Source: the human T2T-CHM13v2.0 reference genome, Homo sapiens
NCBI RefSeq assembly: GCF_009914755.1
Contig: NC_060935.1
Direction: 5' to 3' (one strand)
DNA length: 64,000 nt
Part shown: in pieces, positions 51,207-64,000 of the stretch
Position numbering within the stretch: position 1 is the first letter of the stretch
How the letters are laid out: each line of letters opens with the position of its first letter
Translations under genes and position numbers: made by a program
The notes under the pieces: model-generated
Database searches by the model: none
What the model saw: only the letters and a program-made list of their open reading frames with translations
What the model was told of the DNA's origin: nothing

Positions 51207-54200
51207 GTCGTCACTATCTCCATCTGTCTTCAGAACCGTCCTGCTTCTCCCTCTCTGTCCCCACTTCTTACCCTTTGGCTCCTGTCTGTTTCTCCTTTCG
51301 CTCTTGTAACCTCCCTTCCCAGCCCTCACCACTGCTCCAGCCTCTTTTCCCAAGTCCTGCCTTGGCCTCTCTGCCTCTCCCTCCCTCCCCTTTCCTCCTC
51401 TGCTGCTCATTATAAAAAATAAATATTTCTAAATACGCCAAAAATGCACTCATCCGCCAAGGACCCCTGTCTAGCACAAAGGGCTGGTTCTTTCTGGCTG
51501 CTCCCTGTGGCCTCCTTCTTGCCCACTGCCTTTGAATCGTGGCCTCATTCACATGACTGGAAGGGCTAACAGGGCATTTTCCCACGTGTCCGGGTGGGGA
51601 GGAGGAGAGGGTCGGGGTGGTAAGTTGGATGAAGGAGGGTGGAGACAGGCAGCTGAGAATCTTCCCAAAATTTGGCTCATCCTCAGGGGAAACAAACTGC
51701 TTACTTGATATCATGACTAACTCCTTGGAACCTACAGGATCCATTAGCGATGCGGGAAAGATTCGGGTTAGAAATCAGAATGACCATGCAAACCATGAGG
51801 ACAGCCACCATGTGGAATGTTTGGTCCCCATGGCACAAAGATTTGGGCTTCTTCCTGGGATGAGTTGGGATCCCTTTGGCATGGAGGCAGAGGGGGGGCT
51901 CCGTGATTCCTGGGAGACCCTCTGGATGTGAGCACCTCTGAGATTCTGGAGGGAGCCCAGGGCTCCCTGTGCTCTGTCCTCCCACCCCACACCCCACCCT
52001 GTGCTCTCTGCTCTCTGGTCAAGTCCCTGGTCCGCGGGAGCACTGACCTAGAGTGTGGAAGCTCCTCCCCTTGAAAGCTGGGCTGACCTTGCTTCAGCTG
52101 AGTCCAGGAGAAAACACACATCTGACACATCCCAGGGCTGGGGGAAGGGAGGCAGGAGCAGAGGAGGGGAGCATCCAAGGTCCTGAAGTTCCAGAAGGAG
52201 TCCAGCCTTCTCACAGAGCCTGAAGCATAGGCATGGGCAGAGCGGGTGCCGGACCTCCAAATGGCTCTCCCTCTGCACTGTGGAATCACTCCCGCAGGAG
52301 GCAGGTGGTGGGAGAAGGCCTTGGCCTCAGCATTCCCCTGCCCTTGTGTCCTCCTGTTCTGAATTTCCTAATCTCTTTCCTGCATGTCCCCTCAACAACC
52401 TCCCCTCCCCTCCCTTCCCCACCCCACACCACAGCAGCTGGGCTGCTGGAAGTCGGGAGTGTTTATGAGTTAATCAAAAACTCCTGTACTTTGCTCTTGA
52501 ATTGAGGCCATCATTCCTTTGTCCCAGGGCAATGGGGTCAGTTTGATCTCTCCTGGCTTAAATAGTGTGTAGCAAAGTAAAAGGGAAAAGTGGGGGAAGG
52601 AGAAGGGAATTTAAATTTATCAAGGGCCCCCTGCTAAACATCACGCCCTGGGCTGGGTGCTCTGCAGAGACCAAGCTCACAGCCGTGCTAGTAGCTGGGT
52701 GTTTCCATGTTACATTGAGGAAACCAAGTTGCAAAGACTTAAAGAAACCTGCCTCAGATCTCATAAATATGAAGGAAAGTGCTTTGAGGCTTCCAGTAGA
52801 GTTTGGAGGGTGTTCCTAACCCAAGATTGGGTTAAAAAATTCCATGATTGTCCACAGAATATGGACAAAAAGCTGAGAATAGCTGTGATGTTCCAGCTTG
52901 GAAAGAAGTGGGGGGTGGGAAGAGCTGAGAGGAGGCAGGGGCTGCATGCAGACTGGGCTCCTATCCAGAGGAAGAGCCCCAAGGGGGATTGGGAAGGCTT
53001 GTGAGGTTGGAAATTATGGATGGAGGGGGCTAAAGAGGAGGCCTAGAACTCCCCACTCCAAGAGCCCTGGAGAATCCCGGTCTGGCCTGAGAAGATCAGG
53101 AGTTTGGGATAAATTGCTAGAGAGGCCTTGTCCTCATGTGGGCCAAGTAAGCCCTTAAAATGGGTGCCCAGCAAAGCAAGGGGGTCTGAGGTGGCCCAGC
53201 TCTGTCCCTGCTCCCCACAGACACCTGCTGCCCTGGGCATCCTACAGCTGCACTCAATCTGCCCCTCCTTCCTTCCTAGGCCTTAGGAAATATCTGTTCA
53301 TTTTGTTTCCTTCCACTTTCTCTCTCCCCTTCTTCCTGTCTCCCTTCATCTGCCTGCTCCTCCCCAATCTGTCCTGAAGAGTACATTTCTTTCCCCATCA
53401 GGGAGCCTTGTGGGAATCTGGGGGGCCTGGGGCTGAGGAAGAAGAGACTTCAGATCAAAGAGCAGCCCTGAAGGATTGAGGGAGGCAGAAGGGGTGTCAG
53501 CCACCGGGCAGAGGAGTTCCTGGCAGCAGGGAGGGCCATGAGTTAATTAGCCCTAGAGCTTTCTAGGCCTCTGGAAAGATGTGGGGTACAGGAACAGAAG
53601 GGAAGGAAGAGGCAGGTCAGGACTGGGGGAACTCAGGTTCCCTGGCCTGCCTGACAGAGACAGCACATGGTAGAGTTGAGAGGGGAGCCAGGGTCAGGGA
53701 CAGGGCAGGCAATGGGAAAGAACAGGGACATTCCCAGGCTCAGGAGTCCCCAGGTCTCCCAGGGGAGGGTAGTCCTCGCCTGAGGTTAGGTGGCGGGCCC
53801 CGACTGGCTGGGAGTGGGTTTCTGTACGTGGCTGGAGGTGAATCACACCTTCTGTGTGGGTTGCATGTTTATATGTGGGTGTGCCGAGTCAGCATGCGTT
53901 GTCCTGCGTGTCTGCTGGTGTATGTAGGTGTTACTGGTGGGTGACAGGTCAAGGGTGTGCCCTGGTGAAGCGGGAGGGTGCCTGTGTGTGTCTGTGGGCC
54001 ACTAGACCTGAGGAACCATGCTTGAGTTTGTTCTCAGAATGTGCTGGCATATCTGTGTGCCACGTGTCCCTTTCTCTGTCTCTGTGTGTCCTACTGAAAT
54101 CGGCTGTGTGCAGGAGTGTGTCTGCGTATGTGGGTGTGTTTGTGCAGGGGCCAGGGAAGGGTTATTCATAGAAGCAAGAACTGACTCTGGTGGGACACTC

Positions 54201-54607
54201 GTGCAGAGATGGGGAGGCACGTTGGGTGGGTAGGTGGGGGGCAGGCACTGTGTACACCAACGTGCTCCGAATTCCAGCAAACTCCAGTGCCTGAGTTTCC
54301 AGCTGTCCCAGCTCAACTGTGCACAGATGTGTGCCGCTTTGCTACAGCCATAAACAGACCTCCCAGGATTTTTCCAGAGGAAACGCAGAAATATTTTGGT
54401 GTCTGCTCTTGGTAGTAGGAAAGAGAGTGGGGATGAGGCTTGAGGCTAGGGCTTCGAAACAGAGGGACCACAGTCAGAGGGGAGCTGAAGAGGCAACAGC
54501 ATCCCCCACAGGCCAGCAGGGTGGGGGAAGAGCTGTGATGGCTTCCAGTTGTGGGGTCCTCTCTAAGGCCCCAGCTAGCAGCTGGAAAGTGAAGTCCCAG
54601 TTGCCAG

Positions 54608-55225
54608 TGTAGGGGCAAAGAAGGAAAGCTTCCCCCTTCACCCTCTGAAGGTTTGCAGAAAGTGAGCTGACAAAAAGCAGATCAATAGAAAAAAGAGGTA
54701 AACGGATGTTATTTAACATGCATAGCACAGGGGTATGGCGGGAGAATGATTATCCGATAACCCAGAGAGCTCCAGGTGCTTGTAAACCCTTCTTTATAGT
54801 GGAAAGAGACAAGGGGTTACAGGCATAAATACTTTTATGGTGGGGGATGAATGGAGCCAGGAGGCAGGCATTATCTTGTGAATGATTCTTTTTGGAAACT
54901 GAATGGGACCAGAGAACAAACAATAGTTTGAGACACAGTTTGGGCTCTAGATGTGGTGTTTCATGATCAGTCTCTTCCTCTGTGGTAGGAGTTTTCATCT
55001 CCTCTGATTAATGAAATTTCAGGAGAGGGATCGAAGGCAATTCTGCTCCTGCTTGGGAGTCCAGTTTCCAGTTCGATATGGGAGCTTCAGAAGACAGCCT
55101 CATCCTGTGCTTTGGGAGAGACAGGGGCTTTTGTGGGAGGTAGGTCAGAGAGACCTGGAGGCTGCTTCTTCAATTCAGCATGTCAAAGTGCCATCTTTGT
55201 GGGTATCATTTTCTGAGCCCTAATA
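54608..55225 (-). mobile_element. Solo ERV1 LTR, MER39/MER34 family
   Basis: tgtaggggcaaag...ccctctgaaggttt ... cagcatgtcaaagtgccat...ggtatcattttctgagccctaata; near-TSD ccag/ccac. Confidence 0.7.
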
Positions 55226-56194
55226 CCACAGATGCTGGCCCCCCAGAGCCCAGGCCACTGCTGCTCCACCCTTCCCTGTCCCCCAACCCCACGGGCTGTA
55301 CCACAGATACACACACACCCCCACCACCACCAGCCCACCACTCAACATCCAAACACACAAAGACACTACACAAACCAGCCACCCTGCACGCACCTCACCA
55401 CCACATTCACATACGCACTCACTTGTTCTCTCACACATCCTATGCCCACAGTTCTAGGACCACAGTCACAGACACCTCACAAACACCTCACTGCACACAT
55501 GCTCTGAGCCATACACCCTGGCACAATGCACACCGACCCCACCTCACCCCACGCCCCTACACACAGGTCCAGACTTCCCCAAGCCAAGGAAGGGGCATGA
55601 CACTCTTCTTAGGCCTCTCATCAGAGCAAAGTCTGTAAAGGTTTAGAAGAGTGTGAGGTGTTCCTGTCCAACAGGATTACCTTGGTGAGTTGAACCCACC
55701 CACCACCTCCTGCCCTGGGCATAAATTCTCCCATTCAACTATACCCCTTCCTCTGTCCCTCTCCAGGGAGAAAAGTGGCCTCTTCTCAGCAGGTGACCCT
55801 GGGGATGGGCCCCGGCTGCTCTTTGCCCTCTGAGGTAGGAGATATCCTTGCACATTTTCTCAGCAAACTCTTATTAACCAGCTACTCTGTGCCAGGGAAG
55901 TGCCGGGGAAGTGGGAGGCAGGGGCTGAAAGAGGTGCTTTCTCCACCCTTAAGGAACTTACAGCCCAGCAGCAAGGATGACCATGGACTGTGCTGCAAGC
56001 CACTCCACACCCTGCAAGGGAGCGGAATAAAGTGCTCTGGAGTCCAGTGGTGGGAGAGAACACTGCCAAGCTGAGAAGGCAGGCAGGCTTCCTGGAAGAG
56101 GTGACATGTGGGCAGGCTTTGACCAATGGGCAGCATTTACCTGTGAAGGCCATGGGGGTAGGGAGAATTCAGCCTCACTCCTACCCACAAAGCT

Positions 56195-56393
56195 CTCTAG
56201 CACCAGGAACCAGTTTCATGAAAGACAATGTTTCCACGGATGGGAGGGCAGGAAGTGGATGGTTTGAAGATGAAACTGTACCACCTCAGATCATCAGGAA
56301 TTAGATTCTCATAAGGAGTGTGCAATTCGCAATAGGGTTCACATCCTTTGAGAATCTAACGTTGAGGAGCATGGGCGGTGGGGGAACCCCTGC
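56195..56393 (+). mobile_element. MER1B-like hAT-Charlie MITE, internally deleted
   Basis: ccagtttcatgaaagacaatgtttccacgga...cacctcagatcatcaggaattagattctcataaggag. Confidence 0.75.
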
Positions 56394-59259
56394 TGTAGCA
56401 CATCATCTTGTTTTATTGTATTCATAGCACTTATCTGAATTTATCTTGTTTATTTGAATATCTGTTTTCTTTTGTCTCCACCTCTACAACGTAAGCTAAA
56501 GCCTCCTGTGTCTTGTCCACCACACTTAGTGACTGTGTCCCCAGCACTTAAAACAGTGTCTGGTGCTCTTTAAAGGGAGGAAGAAAGGGAGACAGGGAGG
56601 GAAGGAGGAAGAGAGAGAGAGAGAGAGAGAGAAGGGAGGCAGGGGAAAAGCTCACCTGCCAAGGCACAGGACCTGAAGGCCAGTCTGGCAGGAAGAAGAT
56701 GATGGCAGGCCTTGAATACAGGTTGAGGAAGGTGGACTCAACATTTGCCAGTGGGGAGCCATGAGGTTTATGAGCAGGGCAGTGATGCATACAGGCCAGT
56801 GGCCCCTGGGCCAGCCATTTATGCTGCAGAATCTCCTTGACTATGAAACATATGGGTCTCTGATTTAGCCAATTGACAGGTAAACTCTACCTAGTCACAG
56901 GATTCAACCATGACCTTTGGCATTATAGGTACATACATAAACCTATTATACAGCATTTTAGCTTACATTGTAGGGGTGGGGCCGGCCAAACACAGATGTT
57001 CAGATAAACAAAATAAATTCACATATGCCTTCTCTCCTTAGCTTCACCCTCAGACCATCCCACAGAAATAGGTCCTAGATGGAAACAGCTTATGGTACAA
57101 AAGTCATGTCTTTGAGAAAACACATTTGCATGGAACAGCCATACCATTACCTTTCTCTAAAGCACACACGGAGGACAGTACGGCATGCAGAATGGAGAGG
57201 GAAGTGGCTAGATCGCTCATACCTTCCTAGGAGCCCCCTTCTACCCTTTCGAAGTGGACCAAGCCAGTGCCTAGTGTCTCACCCTTGCTAAAGAATAGCT
57301 CACTTGATTTTAGGGCCAAAGAAGGGGGTGGTAAGGCCAGGCAGGGGCTGAACGAGAACCCTCTCGTGAGCTACCTGCCCACTTCCCAAAACTGAGCAGG
57401 ACAAATGCAACGGGGAGGTTTCATTTTAAATGTTCTCCAGTTGGAGAAGGGCTTTAATCTCAACAACGAAGACTCGCCAGCCCTTCAGCCCCTGGGCCTA
57501 GGGCTGAAAGCTCTGGGCCTTCACGGAGAGGTCCACTGTCTGCAGAGTCCTGGCCATAGCTGGGAAGGAGGGATCCTGGGCTCTGGTCTTGACTACAGGA
57601 CATCTGGTATCTCTGTTGGAGCCAAGTCGAATCAGATGCTCAGGCTCCTAGTGGGAAGGGGCAGAGCAGCAGAGAGATCTGACCTGGAAAGAGCATGTGG
57701 TGGGTGCAGGCACAGGGCTCTGGATGCAGGACTGCAGCCCTAACTCTACCGCAGGACAGCTCTGCTACCTTAGGCAGCTCCGTTACGCTTTCTGCACCAC
57801 AATTTCCTCATCTGCAAAATGGAGAAATCATCACTCTGCCTACTTCAGAAGAGCACTGTGGGGATCAAATGAGCTGAAAGGGAGATGAAAGGAGTTTGCG
57901 CTGCACACAGGGAGATGATGAGGCCATGCCCTCCTCACTGTGGCACAGAACACGGTAGCAGGAGGGACTAGAAAGGCCCTGTACTCAGAATTAATTAGGA
58001 GGCTCTTGTTTCTTGATAACTGCCCAGGGCCTGAATCCCAGCCCCACTTCTCACCTGTAGGTGACCATGAACCAGACATCTCAGCCCTCTGGGAGGCTTG
58101 TCTTTGAAGCGGGAGGAGGGGAGGAGCTGGCTCCAGTGATTGCTAAGGTCCTGTCGAGCTCTGCATTTGTTCCCTGGAGCCTCCCTAATTTCCAGACTCT
58201 AAAGTTCTGAATTCTCCCTGCTGTCCCATCTTACTCTCAACCAAGGGGAGACCAGGGAGGAGGAAACTGGGCTCCCCCTGAACACACTGGCTGTCTGGCA
58301 GCTGAGAATGGCCTCAAGCAGGGAGAGAGGATGGGGCTTCCCAAGTGCTAGGGAGAGCAAAGGACCCAACTTGTGCTTACAACTGCTCCCTCTATGAACA
58401 GGCAAGAGATGGAGGCTGGGGGGCGGGGCCCAACCAGGGGGGCTGATTTGAACCCTGACTCCTCCTACTGCGTGTTTATTATTCTATCTTCATTTTCATT
58501 CATTTATGTGCTTGTGCAGCAAACATTTGTAGGGCCACTATTCTGTGCCAGGCACTGTCCTGGGTGTCGGGAATACAGACATGAGGACGTTCACAGCCTC
58601 GTGGGAGACGACAAGAGATGTAAACAGATGGTTCGCACATAGAGTGAGAAGCAGGGGGACAGGAGCTCTCCTGAGTACTGCATCCTGACTACTGGGTGCC
58701 ACAGAGCACAAAGGAGGGTCCGCACCCAGCCAAGGGGGCCTCTCTCTCCTTAAACATCACAGTCAGCTTGCTGAGATGATGGGAAATACAGGAATCGCTT
58801 GGTGCCCAACAGCTTAAGGGGTGGTAAAGAAAAAACATCCAAGAGAAAGGTTCCTGGGTGGGATAATTAATGTTTTGACGAGGAGGAAAATATTAGTGTG
58901 TGTTGCTCAGCATGCAAACACCTCAACTAACAAAACGGCTCGGAGAAAACAAGTGGAACGGTGGGGTTTTTCTCACAAAGATTTTTTTTTTTTTTTTGAA
59001 AAAAAAGAAGAGAAGAGAAAAAGATGGCAGTCACAAATAACCTCCCGCAGCTGAAAGACATTCCCCACCGGGTGAGGAAAGCAGGGCCCAGCTCAGTAGA
59101 GAATCTTGCTGCTGCTCCTTCCTGCAGATGGCCGACCTGGCACTTAGACCCAGAGCCCCAGCTCCTGACCCACGCTGCCATTTCAAGGCACTCCTCCCAG
59201 TTGCTGAGGCAAGGGGGAGTTCTGCACACACCAGTTGAGCATTTTAAGGAAAAAGAGAT

Positions 59260-59610
<351 letters not shown>

Positions 59611-61525
59611 CTAGACAGCTGCCTCCTACCCCAAAGAGTATCTTCTCAGGGAAGGTTACATTGTCTCCGGCTCCTGTACTCAGTGGAAGGGCCAGCTTCC
59701 TCTGAGGAGATAAAAGGGTTACTTTTGTTTCTACTTCTGTAAACTGTAAATATGTGCTCAGAATCTCCAGGTGACAGGACAAGCCCCAATGCTCCACTTT
59801 TGGAATTGATGCCAAAGCTTGACGGAGCTGCCAATTCATGCAAGAAAGTCCACCGGCACCAGACGGGGTGCTCTTGGCTTGTTTCCAGACCTGCTGCCCT
59901 TCCCCAGCTGTAGTTCCGGGGGCATTGCCCCTCAGGGGAGGACTGGTACCAGGCGCCCCTCTGCAAATGGACACACCAACGGTAGAACTGGCTTGGGCCC
60001 TCCAGAGACAAAGTTCAGGAAAGATCCTCCTCCCATGATCGGCTCCAGAGTGCTCCAGGGCTGGGGCCTGAGGGAGGAGCTACGAGGCCGGCTTGCGGCT
60101 GTGGCAGCACGCTGCTGACCTTGAACTCACCTTGACTACCACCAGAGCGGCCCCAGAGGCAGGCAGGGGCCAGTCCTCCGCTGTGTTGGGACCAGAGGGA
60201 GCACACAGAGCCAGAGAAGTCCAGAGTCCTCACCCTTCACTGGGACAGGATGGGACCTGGGTCTTGCCAACCAGCTTGGGCAAAGGTAAACCTTCTTTGT
60301 GTGCCCCAGGGAGGCTCAGAGCCAGCAGTCCCCACTGTATGGGGCCTGTGCGGGGAGAGGGTTCAGATGTGCCTCACGGCTGCTGCTGGCCGATCCCAAG
60401 GTCTTCTTCCACCAGAGGCACCTCTGCCTCCTTGGCCAGCAAAGGTTGCCACATGTGGCCACCCTTCCCTGCTTCCTGCCTCCCCCCATTTGCACCCCAG
60501 GTGTGAACACTCTTCTCATGGGTGTTTACATGCCTACTCGAACACCACAGGCAAGTCCTTGGCCAGCCAGCTCCTTTCCACCCTAGACCCCACAGGTCAG
60601 GGTCAGGGACTCCCCACCTTTTATACAGTGAGGAGAGAGTAGAACCTGTGCTCTCAAAGTCAGAGTGGGCCTGCACTAGAATCCCGGCTTTGCCAGATAC
60701 CATTTGGTCTTGACAACTTCTTTAACATTTTCTGAACAGTAACATAGCAAAAATGCTTAGTTCACAGATGTGTTGTATTAGATGAGACCATCTTTCTTTA
60801 AAAAAAAAAAAAAAAAGAAGCATCCCATTGAAGTTAGCTCCCTTCTCCTCCCATATTAAGTCAGGTTCCTAGCAAAGAGACTCTGAGAGCTTTGCATCAT
60901 TTATTGGAATGCTGTGGGGATGAACCCCTGTAGGGGAAGTGGAGAGAACAGGCTTGGGTTGGGGGAAACATTGGACGTTGGATGTTGGCTGTGAAGTTGC
61001 AACCAAGGCCTTTGCCAACCCCATGGGGACTCTGGGGCTCTGCAGAGATATCCCACATTAAGGCAAGAGGGCCAGGCCTTTGTAATCCTCACCAACATGT
61101 CATTGGGTGCAAGGCGTCACTGGGTACAACATGTCACTGGGTGCAACATGGCTAACCATGTGCTAGGGCTGAAGCAGTGGCCCTCCTGGCCTGCTCCCCT
61201 CCTCCACCGCCACCCCTGCTCCTGCCCCTGGGAGGTCTCAGCTGCTGCATTCATCCGTCATCTGCACCCTCAAGAAGGGCCATAACTGTGAGCATCTCCC
61301 TTCAGCTGAGGGCAATTTCAGAGAGACAGAGCTGTGCACCTTCCCGGCCAACACTCTGGGCAGCTGAGGCAGTAAGCACCTCCATCCCAAAGGATGCTTT
61401 GGCCTCAGCTTCCAGGCACCCACCACAAACTCTCAACTCTCCCCACCACCCCAAACCTAATATCAGTTTCAAGAAGTGAGCTAAATTGACTCCAGTAGAG
61501 AGGCCAACAGGGAATGAGAAACTGA

Positions 61526-61931
<406 letters not shown>

Positions 61932-62845
61932 TGAGATCTAATAACTTCTCTGCCTTTCTTACAGAGTTGTGGAGGGGAGGTAATGCCATCATGCAAACTG
62001 TGAAAGGCTCTGCAACCTGTGGCATTATTCTGCGATGGTAACCATGCAGACCGTAGAGTCTAAGGCAGCCCTAATTCCAGCTTTCTTTCCTGTGTCCTGT
62101 AAGTTTAGTCCCTCTTCTCAGGCCGTGTGTCCTTCTGTGAGGTGAGGAAACAGGCACCATAGCCATGGCCCACGAAAGGGGCATTGGAACACTCTGCTCC
62201 CAGGGCTAGTGAGAAAGCTGCTGCTTACAGGATGGAGTGGGTGGGGCAGACGCTTCCTCAGAGGAGGATTTGGATTCAGGCATGGCTTTCTCCAGAGGTT
62301 GAAGCAAGGTGTTAGGGGCCAGAAAGGAGATGGCAGATCCAGGGCACTGGTGAGTTTTCTCTGAGTGCCTCTGTTGTTGGCTAAACATGTGCTGGGGGTG
62401 AAGCAGTGACCCTCCTGGCCCGCCCCCACTCCACAGCTTCCAGCCCCCTCCCTGCCCCTGCTCCTGCCCCTTGGGAGGTCTCAGCTGTGGCATTCATCCA
62501 TCATCAGCCTCTGCTTGCAGGGAGGAAGGCATGCCCCAGAAGCATCCTTTAAATCAGCAGGGCTGCCTCTACCCGCACGTGCGTCCCTCTGGCCCTCCCC
62601 AGAGGTAAATTGTGTTTTCTTCCCCAAGCCCAGCCTTGAGCCTCATTTCTGGGTGTTTACAGAGCCTGGTTTTATTGCCTTTCCTTTCAATTGACTGTGC
62701 CTCTCTCTTCGCCTAGACGATTTTACTCAATTTAATTCCTGCTTTCCCACTCCTCACTCCCTTTTTCTCTAATCCTTTTTGGTGGGGAGATGGGAGGGAG
62801 GAGCCCACACAGGAAACTGAATTTCCAATACCAGTACCCTCTATG

Positions 62846-63285
62846 GCAGTGGTTCTCAAACAGGGCTGTGCGCGAGAGTCACCCTGGGAGCTTGTTAGAC
62901 ATAGATGACTGCGTCGCATTCCCAAGAACTGCTGTTTCACGGAGGCCCCCCGACCAGCTCTTTGCACAGCAGTGAATGATGGCCCTGGAGATCCTAGCTG
63001 ACTTAAGAGCTTGCACGCAGGCATCTTGGAGTCTGTCTGCAGCACCAATTTGCTTCAGCTGCAGGTCCACAAGAATGCAGGCTAGGAAGCTGAGTCCAGC
63101 AGATCACTCTAGGGTAATTTTTCTCACAATGCAGCCCAAACTCAGAAGCATCACGGCAATCCAAAAACTTGTTAGAAATGCAGATTCTGAGGCCCTACTG
63201 AAACCCAACCCAGGTGTGGAGCCTAGCAATCTGTGATTTAACAGGCCTTCCGGGAGATTCCGATGCACACTGCAACTTGAGGGCA
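62846..63285. mobile_element. Two adjacent MER5A/B-like MITE copies
   Basis: cagtggttctcaaa...cacc(c)tgggagcttgttag at 62846; aacttgttagaaatgcagattct...gcaatctgtgatttaaca at ~63165-63245. Confidence 0.65.
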
Positions 63286-64000
63286 GGGAGAAACACAGCA
63301 GGACTTCTCCAGCCCACTCTGTCTCCTTCATTCCTACCCCAGGAGAGCATGGTTGGCCTTGACCCTTCCTCAGAACAGGGTAGACGCTAGCAACACTGCC
63401 ACCAGGGCCAGAGAGCAAAGGAGAGGGGGCCTCCCAATGTAGTGTCCCAGGTTCCTGGTATAGGTGGTGAGGAGGGAGAACGACCAGAACGACCCTAGGG
63501 GAAGATCCTAGAATGCAGCCCACCTGGAGTTCACAGGGACCTAGAGATCAGGCCACTCCATAGACCCCAAAACAAAGGAGTAGTGCTCCTACTGTGTGCA
63601 GCCCCATCTACCCCATCCAGAGTCACACTCAACAACAGCTTCGTTTTCAAGAAACAAAACCAAGAAAACCCACAAAACACCAAAGCCCTAACAAGTTAGG
63701 TCCCCTGCCCAAGGCGTCTCAGCAAATTAGCGGCCGAACCCAGACCTGAGCAGAAGGGAACTGCTCTGAAAGAAAATCCCAGCTTCTGGGGTTGCAGGGC
63801 TTTGCTGATTCATTCAGTCAATTGACAAGCAGCACCCACAGACAGCCAGATGTTACCCCGTGTTTATCTACCCGGATGTTCACACCAGGTCTATATGGCA
63901 CGGGGGATCCTTCCATTTCTCTGATAGGGGAAAACTGAGACTTCCAAAAGTGAAGATAGTCTCCCAAGGCCCACAGCTTTGAAGAGGTAGCAGAGCCTGG

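Noticed and set aside
52150-52450. Possible distal alternative TRIM29 first exon, recalled from annotation
   Set aside because: Cannot be supported from the sequence alone; no clear promoter or exon boundaries identified
53850-55560. TG-rich and CA-rich tracts flanking the MER39-like LTR as a long inverted repeat
   Set aside because: Only compositional complementarity; no alignable arms
61094-61152. Short repeats as a CRISPR-like array
   Set aside because: Contiguous tandem units without unique spacers, no cas genes, human DNA

Overview
Human (primate) genomic DNA, recognisable as the 5' end and ~59 kb upstream of TRIM29/ATDC (chr11q23.3). The only confident protein-coding sequence is TRIM29 coding exon 1 (minus strand, 4869-4066, 268 codons, two B-boxes, GTAAGT donor), with its CpG-rich, TATA-less, (GGA)n-containing promoter at ~4870-5300. 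The rest is non-coding: GC-rich flank with MIR/L2/Alu/LTR elements, an 18-kb AT-rich block of nested old L1s and passengers (15.3-33.7 kb), a second CpG island (35.7-37.1 kb) carrying a 323-codon ORF of doubtful coding status, and a distal region with enhancer-like motif clusters and short local duplications. No prokaryotic systems or CRISPR arrays. The most notable observation is an apparent retrocopy (23935-24468) of a spliced transcript that starts in a THE1/MST LTR, breaks exactly at the LTR splice donor, continues into 433 bp of non-LTR sequence and is flanked by a TSD. It may be a fossil of a germline LTR-driven RNA from another locus. Others are an internal L1PA fragment that appears to patch a deletion, a fold-back-mutated LTR2 with paired GATA sites, and an ARE/AP-1/NF-kB cluster. 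Repeat subfamily names come from remembered consensus sequences and need RepeatMasker/Dfam confirmation; boundaries without a stated TSD are approximate.
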